DNA of 64,000 nucleotides. Source: Alphaproteobacteria bacterium (GTDB lineage: Bacteria; Pseudomonadota; Alphaproteobacteria; UBA2966). Every line of letters starts with the position of its first letter. The first letter of the stretch is position 1. The position numbers were made by a program, and so were the translations under genes. The notes below the pieces were generated by a model, which did not search any database, had not been told where the DNA came from, and saw nothing but the letters and a program-made list of their open reading frames with translations. The DNA lies in the NCBI GenBank assembly GCA_030740435.1, contig JASLXG010000039.1:595-64594 (forward strand). The letters are read 5' to 3'. Below, piece by piece: positions 22,810 to 36,879 of the stretch.

Positions 22810-24168
22810 ATGAAAGAAGGCAGCACCCAAGCCCCCATCCGCCATCCCCTGGCCTGGAGGGAGGCGGATTTTCTCGCCGCCGACAAGATCGAGGCCGAGC
22901 TTACACGGGTCTTCGACATCTGCCACGGCTGCCGGCGTTGTTTCAATCTTTGCGACAGTTTTCCCCGCCTCTTCGACCTCATCGACGAATCCAGGACGGG
23001 CGAGCTCGATTCCGTGTCGCCGGCCGACTATGCCCCGGTGGTGGCGGCCTGCACGCTTTGCGATCTCTGTTTCATGACCAAGTGTCCCTACGTGCCGCCG
23101 CACGAGTTCGACCTCGATTTCCCCCACCTCATGCTGCGCGCCCGGGCCGCTGAATTCGCCGCCGGCCGTGTCGGCTTGTGGCAGCGTCAGCTGGGTCGGA
23201 CCGACCGCAACGGCCGCCTGGCCGGAGCTCTGGCGCCGCTGGTCAACTGGGCCTCGACCTCTGGCAACGGCCTGACGCGGCCGCTCATGGAGGGTGTCGT
23301 CGGTATCCACCGCGAGGCCGAGGTGCCGCGCTTTTGTGCCCGCACGCTGGTCGCCGAGGCGGCAGGCCAGCCGCTCGAGATCAACCGCCAGGCGCCGGCC
23401 ATGGGCCGCCAGGCGGTGCTCTTCGCCACCTGCTTCGTCAATTACAACAACACCGCCAGCGGCCAGGCGGCGCGCCTCGTGCTGGCCCATAACGGCGTCG
23501 ATGCCCAGGTCGCGCACCCAGGCTGCTGCGGTATGCCCCAGTTCGAGCACGGCGACCTGGAGGCGGTGGCGGCCCAGGCGCGCCGGGTGGCCCAGGCCTT
23601 GGCACCGGCGCTCGACGAGGGCCGCGACGTCGTGGCGCTGACGCCGAGCTGTGCGCTGATGCTGAAGTTCGAGTGGCCGTTGTTGCTGCCCGACGACGCG
23701 GCCGTGCGGCGGCTCTGCGAAGCCAGCGTCGACATCTGCCAATACCTCGTCGACATTGCCGCCAACGAGGGCCTGGCGCCTGGCTTGGGGGCCCTCGAGG
23801 GCGGCGTGGCGCTACATCTGGCCTGCCACGCCCGAGCCCAGAACATGGGCCCCAAGGCGGCCGAGATGCTGCGTCTTTTACCCGACACCGAACTCAGCCT
23901 GATCGAACGTTGCTCGGGCCATGGCGGCTCCTGGGGCATGATGAAGGAAAATTTCGAGGTTGCCATCAAGGTCGGCCGGCCGGTGGCCCGCCAGGCGGCC
24001 GAAGCGGGCCGGCAATGGCTGGCCTCGGAATGCCCGCTGGCCGGCGCCCACGTGGTGCAGGGGATCGGGCGCCTCGAGGCGGCCGGGCCCGGGGTCCCGG
24101 ATCGGGCCTATCACCCCATCGAGCTGATGGCCCGGGCCTGGGGCCTCGAAGGCGCGGCCCAGCCATGA
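22810..24168 (+). CDS. Rubrerythrin-associated Fe-S oxidoreductase (GlpC/HdrD-like)
   Basis: [44 protein letters not shown]. Confidence 0.9.
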   Translation: MKEGSTQAPIRHPLAWREADFLAADKIEAELTRVFDICHGCRRCFNLCDSFPRLFDLIDESRTGELDSVSPADYAPVVAACTLCDLCFMTKCPYVPPHEFDLDFPHLMLRARAAEFAAGRVGLWQRQLGRTDRNGRLAGALAPLVNWASTSGNGLTRPLMEGVVGIHREAEVPRFCARTLVAEAAGQPLEINRQAPAMGRQAVLFATCFVNYNNTASGQAARLVLAHNGVDAQVAHPGCCGMPQFEHGDLEAVAAQARRVAQALAPALDEGRDVVALTPSCALMLKFEWPLLLPDDAAVRRLCEASVDICQYLVDIAANEGLAPGLGALEGGVALHLACHARAQNMGPKAAEMLRLLPDTELSLIERCSGHGGSWGMMKENFEVAIKVGRPVARQAAEAGRQWLASECPLAGAHVVQGIGRLEAAGPGVPDRAYHPIELMARAWGLEGAAQP

Positions 24169-24758
24169 GCGCGGCCCAGCGCCGCCTCACCCGGGCCGAC
24201 ATCATGGCCCCCGAGGCCTATGCCGCCGAGCGCCGCCAAAGGCGCCGGGAGCTGATGGCGCTGAAGGCCGACCGCCGCCTCGAGGTCGGCCCTTTCGCTA
24301 CGTTCTATTTCGAAAACTACGACACCATGTGGCATCAGGTGCATGAGATGCTGCGCATCGAAAAGGGCGGCGAGGAACAGATCGCGGGCGAGCTGGCGGC
24401 CTACAATCCGCTGATCCCCCAGGGTCGTGAACTCGTTGCCACGCTGATGCTGGAGATCGAGGAGCCCGAGCGCCGGGCCCGCGAGCTGGCTGGCCTGGGC
24501 GGTATCGAGGAGACGGTGCAACTGCGCCTCGGCCAAAGCCTGGTGTGCGCCGTCCCCGAGGCCGACCTCGAACGCACGGACGAAAAGGGCAAGGCATCGG
24601 CGGTGCATTTTCTCCACTTTCCCCTGAGCGACGACCAGGCGGCGGCGTTCCGGGATCCCGCCCAGGATGCCGTGCTGGGCATCGAGCACGCCAACTATGC
24701 CCATTTGGCGCGGCTCTCCGAACGGGTGCGCCAGGCCCTGGCCGCGGATCTGGCCTGA
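24165..24758 (+). CDS. DUF3501 family protein
   Basis: FENYDTMWHQVHEMLRIEK..AYNPLIP..KASAVHFLHF; standard third gene of this cassette. Confidence 0.88.
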   Translation: MSAAQRRLTRADIMAPEAYAAERRQRRRELMALKADRRLEVGPFATFYFENYDTMWHQVHEMLRIEKGGEEQIAGELAAYNPLIPQGRELVATLMLEIEEPERRARELAGLGGIEETVQLRLGQSLVCAVPEADLERTDEKGKASAVHFLHFPLSDDQAAAFRDPAQDAVLGIEHANYAHLARLSERVRQALAADLA

Positions 24759-24775
24759 GGCGCCGGTAGCCCGCC

Positions 24776-25786
24776 ATGCCGCTGCTAACCACGCTGGTCG
24801 GCGCTCTGCCCAAGCACACCTTTACGCCCTATGCCATCGGCGGCGGCGGCTACATCTTCGCCGACGCCTTCGGGGCCGAGTACGACCGCCTGCAACAGCA
24901 ACGGCCGCTGGCCGACGTGCTGGCCATGCAGCAGTTTTTGGCCGTGCTCAAGCGGGTGCAACTGGACCTCGACGTGGCCGTCGACGGCGAGCTCTCGCGC
25001 CTGGTCTACTGGCAGTACAACTGCCTCAACATGGCCGGCGTCGAACGTGATGGCGACGAGGTGGTGGTGACCGGACCGCTCTCGCCGGGCCCGGCTATGC
25101 TGGTCGACGACTGGCGCCAGGCCCAGTCCTTCACCGCACGACCGGTCAAGATCGCCACGGCCGGACCAGCGACCCTCAGCGAATACGTCGTCGACCGGCA
25201 CTACGGCGACAAGCGGGCGCTCTGCCAGGCCTTTGCCGCAGCCCTTGGGACCGAGCTGGGGGCGCTGGCCGAGGCCGGCTGCCGCTGGCTGCAGCTCGAC
25301 GAGCCGCAGCTCGGGTTCCAGCCCGAGATGGCGCTGGCCTACGGCTTCGAAGCCGTCGACGCCTGCTTTGCCGGGCTGCCTACCGAAGTCAATCGCGTGC
25401 TCCACATCTGCCGCGGCTACGCCCCCGTCGACGGTGACCGGGAGGGCCGCAATCCGGCCCGGCCCTACGCCCGGCTGGCGCCCGCCATCGAAGCCTCGGC
25501 GGCCGACGTGATCTCGCTCGAGGACGCCTCGGAATACCACGAAGACCTGGGATTCCTGGAACAGCTGGCCACCACCAAGGTGATGTTCGGCGCCGTCTCC
25601 AACCTCGATACCAAGGTCGAGCCCGTCGAGCAGATCCGCGAGCGCCTGAAAACCGCCCTCCAACACGTCGACGCCGAGCGCCTGATCGTGGCCCCCGATT
25701 GCGGCTTCGGCACCTATCGCGACGAGGACGCATCGTTCGTCTGGCAAAAGCTCGCCAACATGGTGGCGGCCGCCAAATCCCTGTAG
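24776..25786 (+). CDS. Cobalamin-independent methionine synthase catalytic-domain (MetE-like) family protein
   Basis: DGELSR, GPATL, GCRWLQLDEP, Zn ligands HICRGY and PDCGFG; single barrel, 336 aa. Confidence 0.82.
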   Translation: MPLLTTLVGALPKHTFTPYAIGGGGYIFADAFGAEYDRLQQQRPLADVLAMQQFLAVLKRVQLDLDVAVDGELSRLVYWQYNCLNMAGVERDGDEVVVTGPLSPGPAMLVDDWRQAQSFTARPVKIATAGPATLSEYVVDRHYGDKRALCQAFAAALGTELGALAEAGCRWLQLDEPQLGFQPEMALAYGFEAVDACFAGLPTEVNRVLHICRGYAPVDGDREGRNPARPYARLAPAIEASAADVISLEDASEYHEDLGFLEQLATTKVMFGAVSNLDTKVEPVEQIRERLKTALQHVDAERLIVAPDCGFGTYRDEDASFVWQKLANMVAAAKSL

Positions 25787-25850
25787 CCCGCGCTCGGCAC
25801 GCCGTTCGATTGGATGTTCTTCAACCACCTGATTTTATTTGAAAAAACTT

Positions 25851-25872
25851 CCGAGTTCAGCGCTGAACTCGG
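25851..25872. repeat. Perfect 22-bp palindrome between convergent genes
   Basis: CCGAGTTCAGCGCTGAACTCGG is its own reverse complement. Confidence 0.8.
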
Positions 25873-25918
25873 TTCTTTCGGATCCACCGGCACCTGGCCT
25901 CTAGCCGCCCCGGCCAGC

Positions 25919-27793
25919 CTATCGGCCGGCCGCGTCCGGGACCACGGTTGCCGGCGCCACCGGCCGGCCGGCCTTTGCCGCTCTGCCCTCGGCCGGCGTT
26001 GCAACTGCCGCCCGGGCCATGAAGGCGCGCCAGATGCGGGCCGGAAGGCCGGCGCCGGTGACCCGCTTCATGGCCTTTTCGTCATCGTTGCCGACCCACA
26101 CCCCGGTCACCAGGTCGCCGGCATAGCCGATGAACCAGGCGTCGCGGTGGCCCTGGCTGGTGCCGGTCTTGCCGGCCGTGGCGATGCTCAGCCGGGCCGC
26201 CCGTCCGCCGCCCTCCGCCACCGCGGCGCGCAGCATGGCGTCGAGGTCGGCGGCCACGCCGGGCGCCATGACGCGGCCCGGGCCCGAGCCCGAACGGCGA
26301 TGAATCCGGGCCCCGCCAATCTCGCTGATGGTGCTGATGCCGTGGCTCCAGACGCCCCGGCCGCCGGCCGCCACGGTGGCGTAGGCCGTGGTCATTTCAA
26401 GCAGTGAAATGCCAACTGTACCGAGCGCCGTCGAGGGGTGGGCCGGCAGCGGCGAAGTGACGCCGAGCCGCGCCGCGGCCTCGACGACGCGGCGCCGCCC
26501 GGCCCGCTCCGCCACCTTCACGGCCACCGTGTTGATCGAACGCGCAAAGGCCTGGGTCAGGCTGACCGGGCCGGCATATTTGCCTGAATAGTTGCGCGGC
26601 GACCAGCCGGCCACCGTCAGCGGCTCGTCGCGCATTTGCGTCTCGGGCTTGAGGCCGGCCTCGAGCCCGGCCAGGTAGACGAAGAGCTTGAAGGTCGAGC
26701 CCGGTTGGCGGCGCGCCTGGCTGGCCCGATTGAACTGGCTCAGGCGGTAGTCGCGCCCCCCCACCAGGGCCCGCACCGCACCCGCCGGGCTCATCGCCAC
26801 CAGCGCCGCCTGGCTTACCGCCAGACGTTTGCCGGCCGCTGCCAGTTGGCTTTCGATGACCCGCTCGGCGAGCTTTTGCAGCCCCGCGTCCAGGGTGGTG
26901 GTGACGGAGATGTCGCGCCGGGCGTGGCCGCTGTAGCCCGACACCTGCTCGACGATCCAATCGGCGGCGTAGCGTCCGGTCCGGGTCCGCGCCGGTAACT
27001 TCCGAGGCGGCCGCAGACCGGCCAGGCGCTGCCCCGCCGTGGTGGCCTGGGCTTGGCTGATGGCGCCCGAGCGCACCATGCTGGCCAGCACCACCTGGGC
27101 GCGCCCACGGGCGCGCCGGGGGCTGGTGGTGGGGGCATAGCGCGTCGGCGCCTTCAAGAGGCCGGCCAGCAGCGCCGCCTGGCCCAGCGAGAGCCGCCGC
27201 GCCGAGAGGCCGAAATAGCGCTGCGCCGCCGCCTCGACGCCATAGGTGCCGGCCCCCAGGTAGACCCGGTTCAGGTAAAGCGTAAGAATTTCGTCCTTGC
27301 TGAAATTGGCCTCCAGCCAGAACGCCAACAGCACCTCCTGGACCTTGCGCTTGATCGTGCGTTCGGGCTTGAGGAAAAGGTTCTTGGCCAGTTGCTGGGT
27401 GATCGTACTGCCACCCTGGACGATGCGGCCGGCGCGCAGGTTGGCTACCGCCGCCCGCGCCAGGCCGATCAGGTCGATGCCGAAGTGCCAGCGGAAGCGC
27501 CGGTCCTCGATGGCCAGCACGGCCTGGGGCATGACCGGCGGCAGCTCGTCGAGCGCCACCTCGGCGCCGTAGAGATCGCCGAAGCGGGCAAGCGGGCTGC
27601 CGTCGGCGTAATGCAGTAACAGTGCCGGCCGCGGCCGCGGCGCGCCGGGGGCATCAACGTCGGGCAGGTCGTAGGCGTACCAAGCCACCACGCCGATCAG
27701 CAGCACGGCGCCCCAGATGCCCAGCACCGCCAGCCAATAGGCCAAGCGGCCGATCAGGCTGGGCCGGGCTGGGGAAGGCTCTTTTTTCGCCAT
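25919..27793 (-). CDS. Class A penicillin-binding protein (PBP1A family)
   Basis: N-term TM, IEDRRFRWH, QGGSTITQQLAKN, STFK, SIN, KTG motifs. Confidence 0.93.
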   Translation of the reverse strand: MAKKEPSPARPSLIGRLAYWLAVLGIWGAVLLIGVVAWYAYDLPDVDAPGAPRPRPALLLHYADGSPLARFGDLYGAEVALDELPPVMPQAVLAIEDRRFRWHFGIDLIGLARAAVANLRAGRIVQGGSTITQQLAKNLFLKPERTIKRKVQEVLLAFWLEANFSKDEILTLYLNRVYLGAGTYGVEAAAQRYFGLSARRLSLGQAALLAGLLKAPTRYAPTTSPRRARGRAQVVLASMVRSGAISQAQATTAGQRLAGLRPPRKLPARTRTGRYAADWIVEQVSGYSGHARRDISVTTTLDAGLQKLAERVIESQLAAAGKRLAVSQAALVAMSPAGAVRALVGGRDYRLSQFNRASQARRQPGSTFKLFVYLAGLEAGLKPETQMRDEPLTVAGWSPRNYSGKYAGPVSLTQAFARSINTVAVKVAERAGRRRVVEAAARLGVTSPLPAHPSTALGTVGISLLEMTTAYATVAAGGRGVWSHGISTISEIGGARIHRRSGSGPGRVMAPGVAADLDAMLRAAVAEGGGRAARLSIATAGKTGTSQGHRDAWFIGYAGDLVTGVWVGNDDEKAMKRVTGAGLPARIWRAFMARAAVATPAEGRAAKAGRPVAPATVVPDAAGR

Positions 27794-27828
27794 CGCCCGG
27801 CCGCTGCAAGAATCAACGCCCGTGGCGC

Positions 27829-31546
<3,718 letters not shown>

Positions 31547-31550
<4 letters not shown>

Positions 31551-32665
31551 ACCCGCATGGGCATCAGCACGTAAAGGGCGCCTTCGTCGTTGCCGTCGCG
31601 GACCAGCGTCGGTGACACCGCGTCGGCCAATACGAACTGTGTCTGGTCGCCCTCGATCTGGGCCGTGATGTCGAGCAGGTAGCGGGAATTAAAGCCTATT
31701 TCGATGGCCTCCTGGTCGTAGGAAACGGCGATTTCCTCGGAGGCGCTGGCGCTGTCGGGGTTGTTCGCGGCCAGCACCGCCCGGCCCTGGCTGAGGCTCA
31801 GCTTGACGGCCCGGGATTTCTCCGTCGATACCGTCGAGACGCGGTCGACGGCTTCCGCGAAAACCTTGGTGTCGGACTCCATCAGCTTGTCGTTGCCCTC
31901 GGGAATGACCCGGTGGTAGTCGGGAAAGGTGCCGTCGATGAGCTTCGAGGTGAGCACCGCCTGGTCGAAGGCGAAGCGGATCTTGGTGTCCGATAGCGCC
32001 ACCTCGATGGCGCCGTCGCTTTCCTCGATCAGCTTACGCAGTTCGCCCACCGCCTTTCTCGGCGCGATGACGCCCGGTATGCCGGCGGCGCCTTCGGGCA
32101 GCGGCGTGTCGACCCGGGCCAGGCGATGGCCGTCGGTGGCCACCGCGCGCAGCATGGCCACGCCCCCGGCCTCGGCGGCGTGCAGGTAGATGCCGTTGAG
32201 GTAGTAGCGCGTCTCTTCGGTCGAGACGGCAAAACGGGTCTTGTCGATGAGGCGGCGCAGCTCGCTACCTCCGATCATGAAGCGGTGCGGCAGCTCGCCC
32301 TCGGCCATGGCCGGAAAGTCCTCTCGCGGCAGGCAAGGCAGGTTGAACTCCGAGCGCCCGGCGGTGAGGTTGAGGCGGCCGCCGTCCTCGCTCAGGCCCA
32401 GCGAGACCTGGGCGCCGTCGGGCAGTTTGCGCACGATGTCGAAAAGCGTGTGGGCCGGCGTCGTGGTGGCACCTTCCTGCGCCACCTCGGCCGGGGCACG
32501 GTCGACGATGGCCAGATCGAGGTCGGTGGCGGTCAAGCTGAGCCCCCCCTCGGCCGCTTCGAGCAGCACGTTGGACAGGATGGGAATGGTGTTGCGCCGC
32601 TCGACGACACTCTGAACGTGGCCCAGCGAGCTCAGAAGGTCAGCGCGTTCGGTTGTCAGTTTCAT
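31547..32665 (-). CDS. dnaN: DNA polymerase III beta clamp
   Basis: TIPILSNV, ETRYYLNG, ATDGHRL, FPDY, IGFNSRY, VLMPMRV. Confidence 0.98.
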
Positions 32666-32957
32666 GCCTGCCTACGCCCTTTGTTGGGGACAAAAGTCAC
32701 CTGCTTTTCAGCGTTACCGTGCCGTGGCTGGCCGTCAGCCCTGGCGTTTTCGCCGTGCCCGTGAGCGTGCTCGTGAGCAGGAAACCCGGGTCGCCAAACG
32801 CCGCCGCGCGGTCCCGGAAGATAGCCTCGAGCGCAACCCGGGAGTATCCCGGGCAAAGAGCTCGATTTCCGGTTTTGCAGTATAGCAGAAGGCAACCCCC
32901 GCCACACGTTTATTCGCTGAAATCGAGACCCCGGCGGCAGCCGGGCGGGGGCCGGAT

Positions 32958-34343
32958 TCAGGCCTCCAGCATGCGCCGCAAGAGGTCGATGTCCTCGGCC
33001 AGGGTGCCGTCGGATTCCTTGAGCTCGGTGATTTTCTTGACCGCGTACATCACCGTGGTGTGGTCGCGGCCGCCGAACTTGCGCCCGATCTCGGGCAGCG
33101 AGCGGGTGGTCAGTTGTTTGGCCAGGTACATGGCCACCTGGCGCGGCCGGGCCACGGCCCGGGCGCGGCGCTCGGAATACATGTCGGCCAGGCGGATATT
33201 GAAGTGCTCGGCCACCCGCTTTTGGATGTCGTCGATGGTGACGCGGCGGTCGTTGGCCCGCAACAGGTCGCGCAGCACTTCTTGCGTTGTCTCCAGCGTG
33301 ATGGGCCGGCCGACCAGGTTGGAGTACGCCAGCACGCGGTTCAGCGCGCCCTCCAGCTCGCGCACGTTGGAGGTGATGCGATGGGCCAGGAATTCCAGCA
33401 CCCGCATGGGCACGTGGCTGGCACCGGCCTGTTCCGCCTTGCTTTGCAGGATGCCGATGCGCAGCTCGTAGTCGGTGGCGTGGATGTCGGCCACCAAGCC
33501 CCAGCCCAGCCGCGAGCGCATGCGCTCTTCCATGCCGTCGAGGTCGGAGGGCGAGCGGTCGCCGGAGATGATGATTTGGCGGTTCTGGTCGACCAGGGCG
33601 TTGAAGGTGTGGAAGAACTCCTCCTGGGTGGAATTCTTGTTGGCGATGAACTGCACGTCGTCGATCATCAATACGTCGACCGAGCGGAACTGGTCCTTGA
33701 AGGCCATCACGTTCTTGTACCTGAGCGCCCGGATGAACTGGTACATGAACTTCTCGGCCGAGAGATAGATCACCTTGCGTTCGGGCTGGCCCTCGCGGAT
33801 GTGCCAGGCGATGGCGTGCATCAGGTGGGTCTTGCCCAGGCCCACGCCGCCATAGAGATAGAGCGGATTGAAGGGCACCACCGGCGCCTCGGCGACGCGC
33901 CGCGCCGCGGCGTAGGCCAGTTCGTTGGGTTTGCCGGCGATGAAGTTCCGGAAACTGAAGCGCGGATCGAGCGGTGCCCCCAGTTCCAGGGCCCGGCCAG
34001 GGCCCAGGTTTTCGGCTTCGACCCGGCCACTGGCCGCGCTTTCGGCGCCGTCGTCGAGCGTGTTGCCGAGCTCCGCCGGGCGCACGAAGATATCCACCGA
34101 AGTCACCGCGTTGTTTTCCTCGCCCCACAACAGGCGCAGCTTGTCGGCATAGTTCGAGACCACCCAATCGCGCATGAAACGCGTCGGCAGGGTCATGACG
34201 ATCTGGTCGTCGCTCAAGGAGGCCAGCGTCAGGGGCCGGAGCCAGCTGTTGAAGGCGGCGTCGCCGACCTTGTGGCGCAGGCGGTTTCGCACCCGGCCCC
34301 ACTGGGCCTCGATCTCCGCCGCGATGGTGGCCGACCGGCTCAC
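32958..34343 (-). CDS. dnaA: Chromosomal replication initiator DnaA
   Basis: FNPLYLYGGVGLGKTHL, IDDVQF, QEEFFHTFN, NVRELEGAL, GGRDHTTV. Confidence 0.98.
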   Translation of the reverse strand: MSRSATIAAEIEAQWGRVRNRLRHKVGDAAFNSWLRPLTLASLSDDQIVMTLPTRFMRDWVVSNYADKLRLLWGEENNAVTSVDIFVRPAELGNTLDDGAESAASGRVEAENLGPGRALELGAPLDPRFSFRNFIAGKPNELAYAAARRVAEAPVVPFNPLYLYGGVGLGKTHLMHAIAWHIREGQPERKVIYLSAEKFMYQFIRALRYKNVMAFKDQFRSVDVLMIDDVQFIANKNSTQEEFFHTFNALVDQNRQIIISGDRSPSDLDGMEERMRSRLGWGLVADIHATDYELRIGILQSKAEQAGASHVPMRVLEFLAHRITSNVRELEGALNRVLAYSNLVGRPITLETTQEVLRDLLRANDRRVTIDDIQKRVAEHFNIRLADMYSERRARAVARPRQVAMYLAKQLTTRSLPEIGRKFGGRDHTTVMYAVKKITELKESDGTLAEDIDLLRRMLEA

Positions 34344-34346
34344 GCC

Positions 34347-34814
34347 CTAGTCCTGGATCCAGGGCAGTCCGGCGTGGCGCCAGCCATCCGTCGTGCCGCG
34401 TTGCCCGGCTTCGCTGCGCTCGCCCTCGAAGCCGTCCGAGATGTTGTAGCAAGGCCCAAAACCGGCTTCGGTCATGGCCCGCGCCGCCGCCCGGCTGCGC
34501 ACGCCGGAGCGGCAGAGGAAGAAGATCGGCTGGCCGGGCCGCAGGCCCGCCGCTGCGAGCTGGCCCCGGAAATCGGCATTCCCGGTCATCGCCGGAAAAA
34601 GTTTCCACGAGACGTTGAGCGGCCGCCTGTCGAGCGTCGTGAGGTCGGGTACGCCGACGTAGGACCACTCCGCATTGGTCCGCACATCGACCAGCACGGC
34701 CTCGGCATCGTCGGCCAGTTGCTGCCAGACCAGGGCTGACGGGATGTCCCCGGCATAGCCCTCAGGTGATGAAGTCGCTGTCGTCGTCGTCTCGTTGAGT
34801 GTTCCGCCAGACAT
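34347..34814 (-). CDS. Single-domain rhodanese-like sulfurtransferase
   Basis: YAGDI, LVDVRTNAEWSYVGVPD, active loop CRSGVRS, GFEG, GWRHAGLPW. Confidence 0.9.
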   Translation of the reverse strand: MSGGTLNETTTTATSSPEGYAGDIPSALVWQQLADDAEAVLVDVRTNAEWSYVGVPDLTTLDRRPLNVSWKLFPAMTGNADFRGQLAAAGLRPGQPIFFLCRSGVRSRAAARAMTEAGFGPCYNISDGFEGERSEAGQRGTTDGWRHAGLPWIQD

Positions 34815-35158
34815 ACGTGGACCCGCCCCCGGAGACCTTTCGACTTTTAGAACCAATCGGCTGCCGCCCCTGCTGCCGCAAACTTCCGCCGGGCCACCAT
34901 GATATTCTATTACTTGTTTTTTACTTAGGCCCAGCCCTCTGGGTCGGCCCAAGGGTAGTCTAGCGCACGTATAGCTCGCCCCGGAGCCGGGTTTTTACTT
35001 TGCTTGCACTTGATTTAGTGAACCGCAGCGTTGTATCCGAGAGTAATTGACAGCGTGTCCCGGCGCAACGAGATCGAAAGGGGAACACAAAAAAAACTTC
35101 GGCCGCCTTGCGTCTCCACCCCGGGTCGCCACTAGATGTTGGGCCGGTGCGGCGGGGC

Positions 35159-35187
35159 AAAAAAAACCGCGCCCGAGGCGCGGTTTT
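35159..35187 (-). terminator. rho-independent terminator of rpsT
   Basis: Minus strand CCGCGCC-TCG-GGCGCGG followed by T8. Confidence 0.8.
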
Positions 35188-35221
35188 GCCGACCGCCGCA
35201 GCGGCATTCCCGTCCGGCTCT

Positions 35222-35488
35222 TCAGCCGGCCATCGCCTTGATCCGGGCCGACAGCCGCGAGACCCGCCGCGACGCCGTGTTGGGGCGCAGCACGCCATGG
35301 CTGGTGCCGCGCATGATCTCGGGCTGGGCCGCCTTGAGCGCCGCCCTGGCGACATCGGGGTCACTGGCCGCGATGGCCTCCTCGACCTTGCGGATGAAGG
35401 TGTGGATGCGGCCCTTGCGGGCGCGGTTGACGGCGGTACGCGTTTCGGCGCGGCGCATGCGTTTCTTGGCGGACTTGTGATGCGGCAT
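35222..35488 (-). CDS. rpsT: 30S ribosomal protein S20
   Basis: [24 protein letters not shown], 88 aa. Confidence 0.96.
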   Translation of the reverse strand: MPHHKSAKKRMRRAETRTAVNRARKGRIHTFIRKVEEAIAASDPDVARAALKAAQPEIMRGTSHGVLRPNTASRRVSRLSARIKAMAG

Positions 35489-35533
35489 GGTGCGGGTTTT
35501 CTACTATTCTTCTGCGGGCGGAAAGACCGCGCG

Positions 35534-35562
35534 CTTATACTGCCGGCAGCGGCTGCCGTCAA
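35534..35562 (-). promoter_or_regulatory. sigma70 promoter of rpsT
   Basis: Minus strand TTGACG-N17-TATAAG. Confidence 0.7.
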
Positions 35563-35602
35563 CGCTTGAGTGCGATGCACATCAGCCGGCTGGCGGCGGC
35601 AA

Positions 35603-36379
35603 TCAGCGGTTTTTGAAGTCGGGCGGGCGCTTTTCGATGAAGGCGGCCATGCCCTCTTTCTGGTCCTCGAGCGCGAAGGTGGCGTGGAAGATGCGGCGCT
35701 CGGCCTTGACGCCCTCGGCCAGCGTGGTCTCGAAGGCCCGGTTGACGGCGTCCTTGACCATCATCACCACGGGCAGCGAAAGCGCCGCGATCTCGCCCGC
35801 CAGCTTGATGGCTTCGTCGAGCAGCTCGGCCGCCGGCACGACCCGGGAGACCAGGCCGGCGCGTTCGGCCTCCTCGGCGTCCATCATGCGGCCGGTGAGG
35901 CACATCTCCATGGCCTTGGCCTTGCCCACCGCCCGGGTCAGGCGCTGGGTGCCGCCGGCCCCGGGGATGATGCCGAGCTTGATCTCGGGCTGGCCGAAGC
36001 GCGCCGTGTCGGCGGCGATGGCGATGTCGCACATCATGGCCAGTTCGCAGCCGCCGCCCAGCGCAAAGCCGGCCACCGCCGCGATCAGCGGTTTGCGGCT
36101 CTGCGTCGCACTTTCCCAGTCGCGGCTGATGAAGTTCTCGAGATAGACGTCGGCATAGTTCTTGGGCTGCATCTCCTTGATGTCGGCACCGGCGGCGAAG
36201 GCCTTTTCGCTGCCCGTGATGACCACGGCGCCGATCGCCGCGTCGGCCTCGAAGGCGCTCAGCGCCTGGCCCATCTCAATCACCAGCGGGGTGCTGAGCG
36301 CGTTCAGGGCTTCGGGCCGGTTGAGCGTGATCAGCCCCACCGGGCCGCGGCTCTCGACGAGGATGAATTCATACGACAT
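35603..36379 (-). CDS. Enoyl-CoA hydratase
   Basis: [47 protein letters not shown]. Confidence 0.94.
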   Translation of the reverse strand: MSYEFILVESRGPVGLITLNRPEALNALSTPLVIEMGQALSAFEADAAIGAVVITGSEKAFAAGADIKEMQPKNYADVYLENFISRDWESATQSRKPLIAAVAGFALGGGCELAMMCDIAIAADTARFGQPEIKLGIIPGAGGTQRLTRAVGKAKAMEMCLTGRMMDAEEAERAGLVSRVVPAAELLDEAIKLAGEIAALSLPVVMMVKDAVNRAFETTLAEGVKAERRIFHATFALEDQKEGMAAFIEKRPPDFKNR

Positions 36380-36448
36380 GGGGGACTCCATAAGTGATGC
36401 GACGCCGGGCGTGGTGCAAGATCGCACCGCCCTTGTCAATAGTGCTCT

Positions 36449-36814
36449 TTAGCCCGGAGCGATGGAAAACCGCACCAACAAGCCGTCATCGCCTGCCGGC
36501 TGGGGAAATCGGATGATCAGAGTTTCGCTCTCGCGGCGGTATTGGCTTTTGGATTGGGCGGTCCAGCCAAGCTGGGGCAGGGTCTCGGCGTAGAACTCGA
36601 GCACCCGGGCCGGCGCCACCCGGCCCCGGGCATAGGCCTCGACGATGCGCCCCTCGGGCTTGTCGTAGACCAGGCCCAGCTCCGCCACCTCGCTGAGGCC
36701 GGCCATCAGCGGCAAATCCTCGAGGCTGGCAAAAAAACGCTCCTTGGCACCGCCCGGCGCCGCCCACAGCGCCAGCAGCAACAAAGCCAGTGCGAGCGTT
36801 CGTGCTATCATCAT
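36449..36814 (-). CDS. Hypothetical exported protein
   Basis: Signal-like N-term MMIARTLALALLLLALWAAPGGA, then FF..LEDLPLMAGL..DKPEGRIVE..FYAETLPQLGW; GGGG SD-like; co-oriented with mutM. Confidence 0.75.
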   Translation of the reverse strand: MMIARTLALALLLLALWAAPGGAKERFFASLEDLPLMAGLSEVAELGLVYDKPEGRIVEAYARGRVAPARVLEFYAETLPQLGWTAQSKSQYRRESETLIIRFPQPAGDDGLLVRFSIAPG

Positions 36815-36879
36815 CCCCCTAGTAAACGCCCCCGAGCTGCCGCCGTCCAGTACCCGGCATTCGGCTTTCCGGTTCCCCC

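Noticed and set aside
32666-35221. oriC beside dnaA
   Set aside because: No cluster of TTATCCACA boxes; only one degenerate box (TGGGGACAA, 32685-32693) and no TTAA-N7-TTAA CtrA sites; alphaproteobacterial origins are often unlinked to dnaA.
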